Part shown: one piece after another, positions 61,905 to 64,000 of the stretch
Layout: every line of letters starts with the position of its first letter
Numbering within the stretch: the first letter of the stretch is position 1
Assembly: GCF_001194135.2 (NCBI RefSeq)
Contig: NC_068990.1
Span: 37,587,417-37,651,416, forward strand
Length of the DNA stretch: 64,000 bases
Source: Octopus bimaculoides
Lineage: Eukaryota
Direction of reading: 5' to 3'
Translations under genes and position numbers: made by a program
Notes under the pieces: generated by a model
Told to the model about the DNA's origin: nothing
Databases searched by the model: none
The model's input: only the letters and a program-made list of their open reading frames with translations

Positions 61905-62226
61905 TAAGTTTCATTTGAGTGTTGGGCCTCACGGAGGCAATGACCAAGACCTTTGGTATTATGTTGTGCTTGAGAAGAAGACCCATCAAGCTGAGCAAAA
62001 TCACAGACATGTCAGATACTGGCTTCACACAAATGGCACCTCTGCTGGTGGCACGTAAAAGCACTCATTACACTCTCAGAGTGGTTGGTGTTAGGAAGGG
62101 CATCCAGCCGTAGAAAACCATCCCAAATCAGACTGGAGCCTGGCAAAGCCTTCCAGCGTGCCAACCCAGTCAAACCGTCCAACCCATGCCAGCATGGACA
62201 ACAGACGTTGAATGATGATGATGATG

Positions 62227-62228
<2 letters not shown>
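61905..62228 (+). mobile_element. Retroposon family D, long copy with a single GGTGGCACGTAAAAGCAC unit
   Basis: tttgagtgttgggcctcacggaggcaatgacc...gtgcttgagaag...ggtggcacgtaaaagcac...ccaacccatgccagcatgg...(tga)n. Confidence 0.85.
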
Positions 62229-62265
<37 letters not shown>

Positions 62266-62299
62266 TATGTGTATATGGATACATATATACATATATATA

Positions 62300-62344
<45 letters not shown>

Positions 62345-62673
62345 ATATATTAATCAAAGAGTACAATATTATATATCCATTATGGCTGATCTTACCCATT
62401 GGTTTCGCATTAGGGTTTCAACAAAATGTTAGGTAACAGTCTGATCTTGGAATCCTGCACTCATCAGAGGTAGCCATTATGGAAGGAACTATGGTGACTG
62501 TTCTCTATTGTTAGAGGTGCATAGACAAATCTGGCTTGTGGTTGCTGTGAAAAAGTTGATAAAACGAATGGAGAGGGGTTTCAGTTAAGAGTTTTGGTAC
62601 CAAAAATTCGTGTCTGGGGGCAGTTTTGTTGCAAGTTGGCATGAGTGTTCTCATAAAGAGTTTGTGGGAAATG

Positions 62674-62720
<47 letters not shown>

Positions 62721-63129
62721 TTTGAAAAACATTTTCCTAAATTGAAGATCATAGATGTACACAGATCTAACTGAAGGGAGATTTTTGCATCTTGGTATAA
62801 GTGATTCCACATTATTCAAAGACACATTGTAAAAAGTAATTACTGCTATATTGATAGCTTACAGTATGTGCTCCTGAACAGCTGAAGACGGTAAAAATCT
62901 TTTGCACAAAATCTTCTTTCCATCAGGTCTGTGTTGATTTGCTTTACTTAAAGATTGTTTTTATTTCATTAATGAGTTTCTAATTTATGAAAATCGTTTT
63001 TAGATATACATATGTGTATGTGTGTGTGTGTGCATACACACACATATAAGAACTGAAGAGCAGAGAGGGCGTGTTTAATTCTGTCTGGTTTAATAATACA
63101 TATGCACACACGCACACAGAGTATACCTG

Positions 63130-63236
<107 letters not shown>

Positions 63237-63617
63237 CTTTTGAAATTTTCCTCTGGTGATAAAGAAAAAATAATGATAACAGAGAGAAATAATTAACAAA
63301 AAAAAAATAAAGAAAGAAAGAAGCTAAACTGCCACACAGACAGAATGTTGTGTTATATAGTGAGTGTAATATGATTCCTTAATTATTCATTCCCAGTCTA
63401 TTGTCATCATTAGTAGTTACGATAGAGCATCAACTTCCACCAATCAGATTTTATATTTCATTCTCCTTTATCTTTAATTTGTGTTGCCATTTTTCATGCT
63501 CTTATCATTACTGGTGGTGGTAGGTGTTTGTTGTTGTTGTCATTATTGTTACTATTATTATCATTATTATTATTATTATTATTATTATTAATATCATCAT
63601 TATTATTATTATTGTTA

Positions 63618-63835
63618 AAGTAGCAAACTGGCAGAATTGGTAGCATATTGGACAAAGTGCTCAGTGGTATTTTGCCTGTCTTCAAGTTTCAAGTTCAAAT
63701 TCTGCCAAGGTTGGCTTTGCCTTTCAGGATCGATAAGTACCAGTCAAGTACTGGGGTTTAATGAAATTGATTAGCCCGTTACACCAAAATTTCAGATCTT
63801 TTATGCCTATAGTAGAAAGATTTATCATTATTATT
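63618..63835 (+). mobile_element. SINE family C, degenerate
   Basis: ctggcagaattggtagc...caagttcaaattctgccaaggttggctttgccttt...gataagtaccag...tgcctatagtagaaagatt(att)n. Confidence 0.75.
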
Positions 63836-64000
63836 ATTACTATTATTATTGTTGTTGTTGTTGTTGCTTCACTTCTCAGAGCTCATGATTTCAGTTACTT
63901 TAATTAATTCTGTAAGAGCTGACAACAACCTTTTGTCAAGGGCCTCACAGGCTCTCTTTCTACAATACTTAACACCCAAGCTCCAATCTCAAAATCCTTG

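Overview
This is an AT-rich, repeat-dense animal genomic window with 11 N-gaps. The SINE families, (TA)n/(CA)n/(AAT)n microsatellites and short gaps look like a coleoid cephalopod (Octopus-type) draft assembly; that is inferred from pattern recognition, not a database hit. No intact protein-coding gene could be supported. Most of the ORF track is microsatellite or gap noise, and the real coding signal is decayed transposon sequence: Tc1/mariner, a Penelope-like RT remnant, an RTE LINE, an R4/Dong C-terminus and a C2H2-tailed LINE end. The window also holds many tRNA-derived SINEs and several MITEs (piggyBac, pogo/Tigger, mariner and hAT types). The most striking structure is a three-copy family of fold-back (palindromic) retro-insertions at 18.1-18.6, 50.5-50.8 and 55.7-56.1 kb, each with a 13-15 bp TSD. 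The unit is a tRNA-like Pol III head, an (AAT)n linker and a Penelope pLTR-like tail with a minimal type I hammerhead ribozyme motif, and each copy is preceded by an inverted copy of itself that stops about 30-40 nt short of the 3' end. This suggests a SINE mobilised by a Penelope-like reverse transcriptase. A second, unrelated hammerhead-bearing pLTR lies at about 24.1 kb. A CpG-retaining region at about 41.3-43.3 kb carries a duplicated E-box/YY1-like promoter module.
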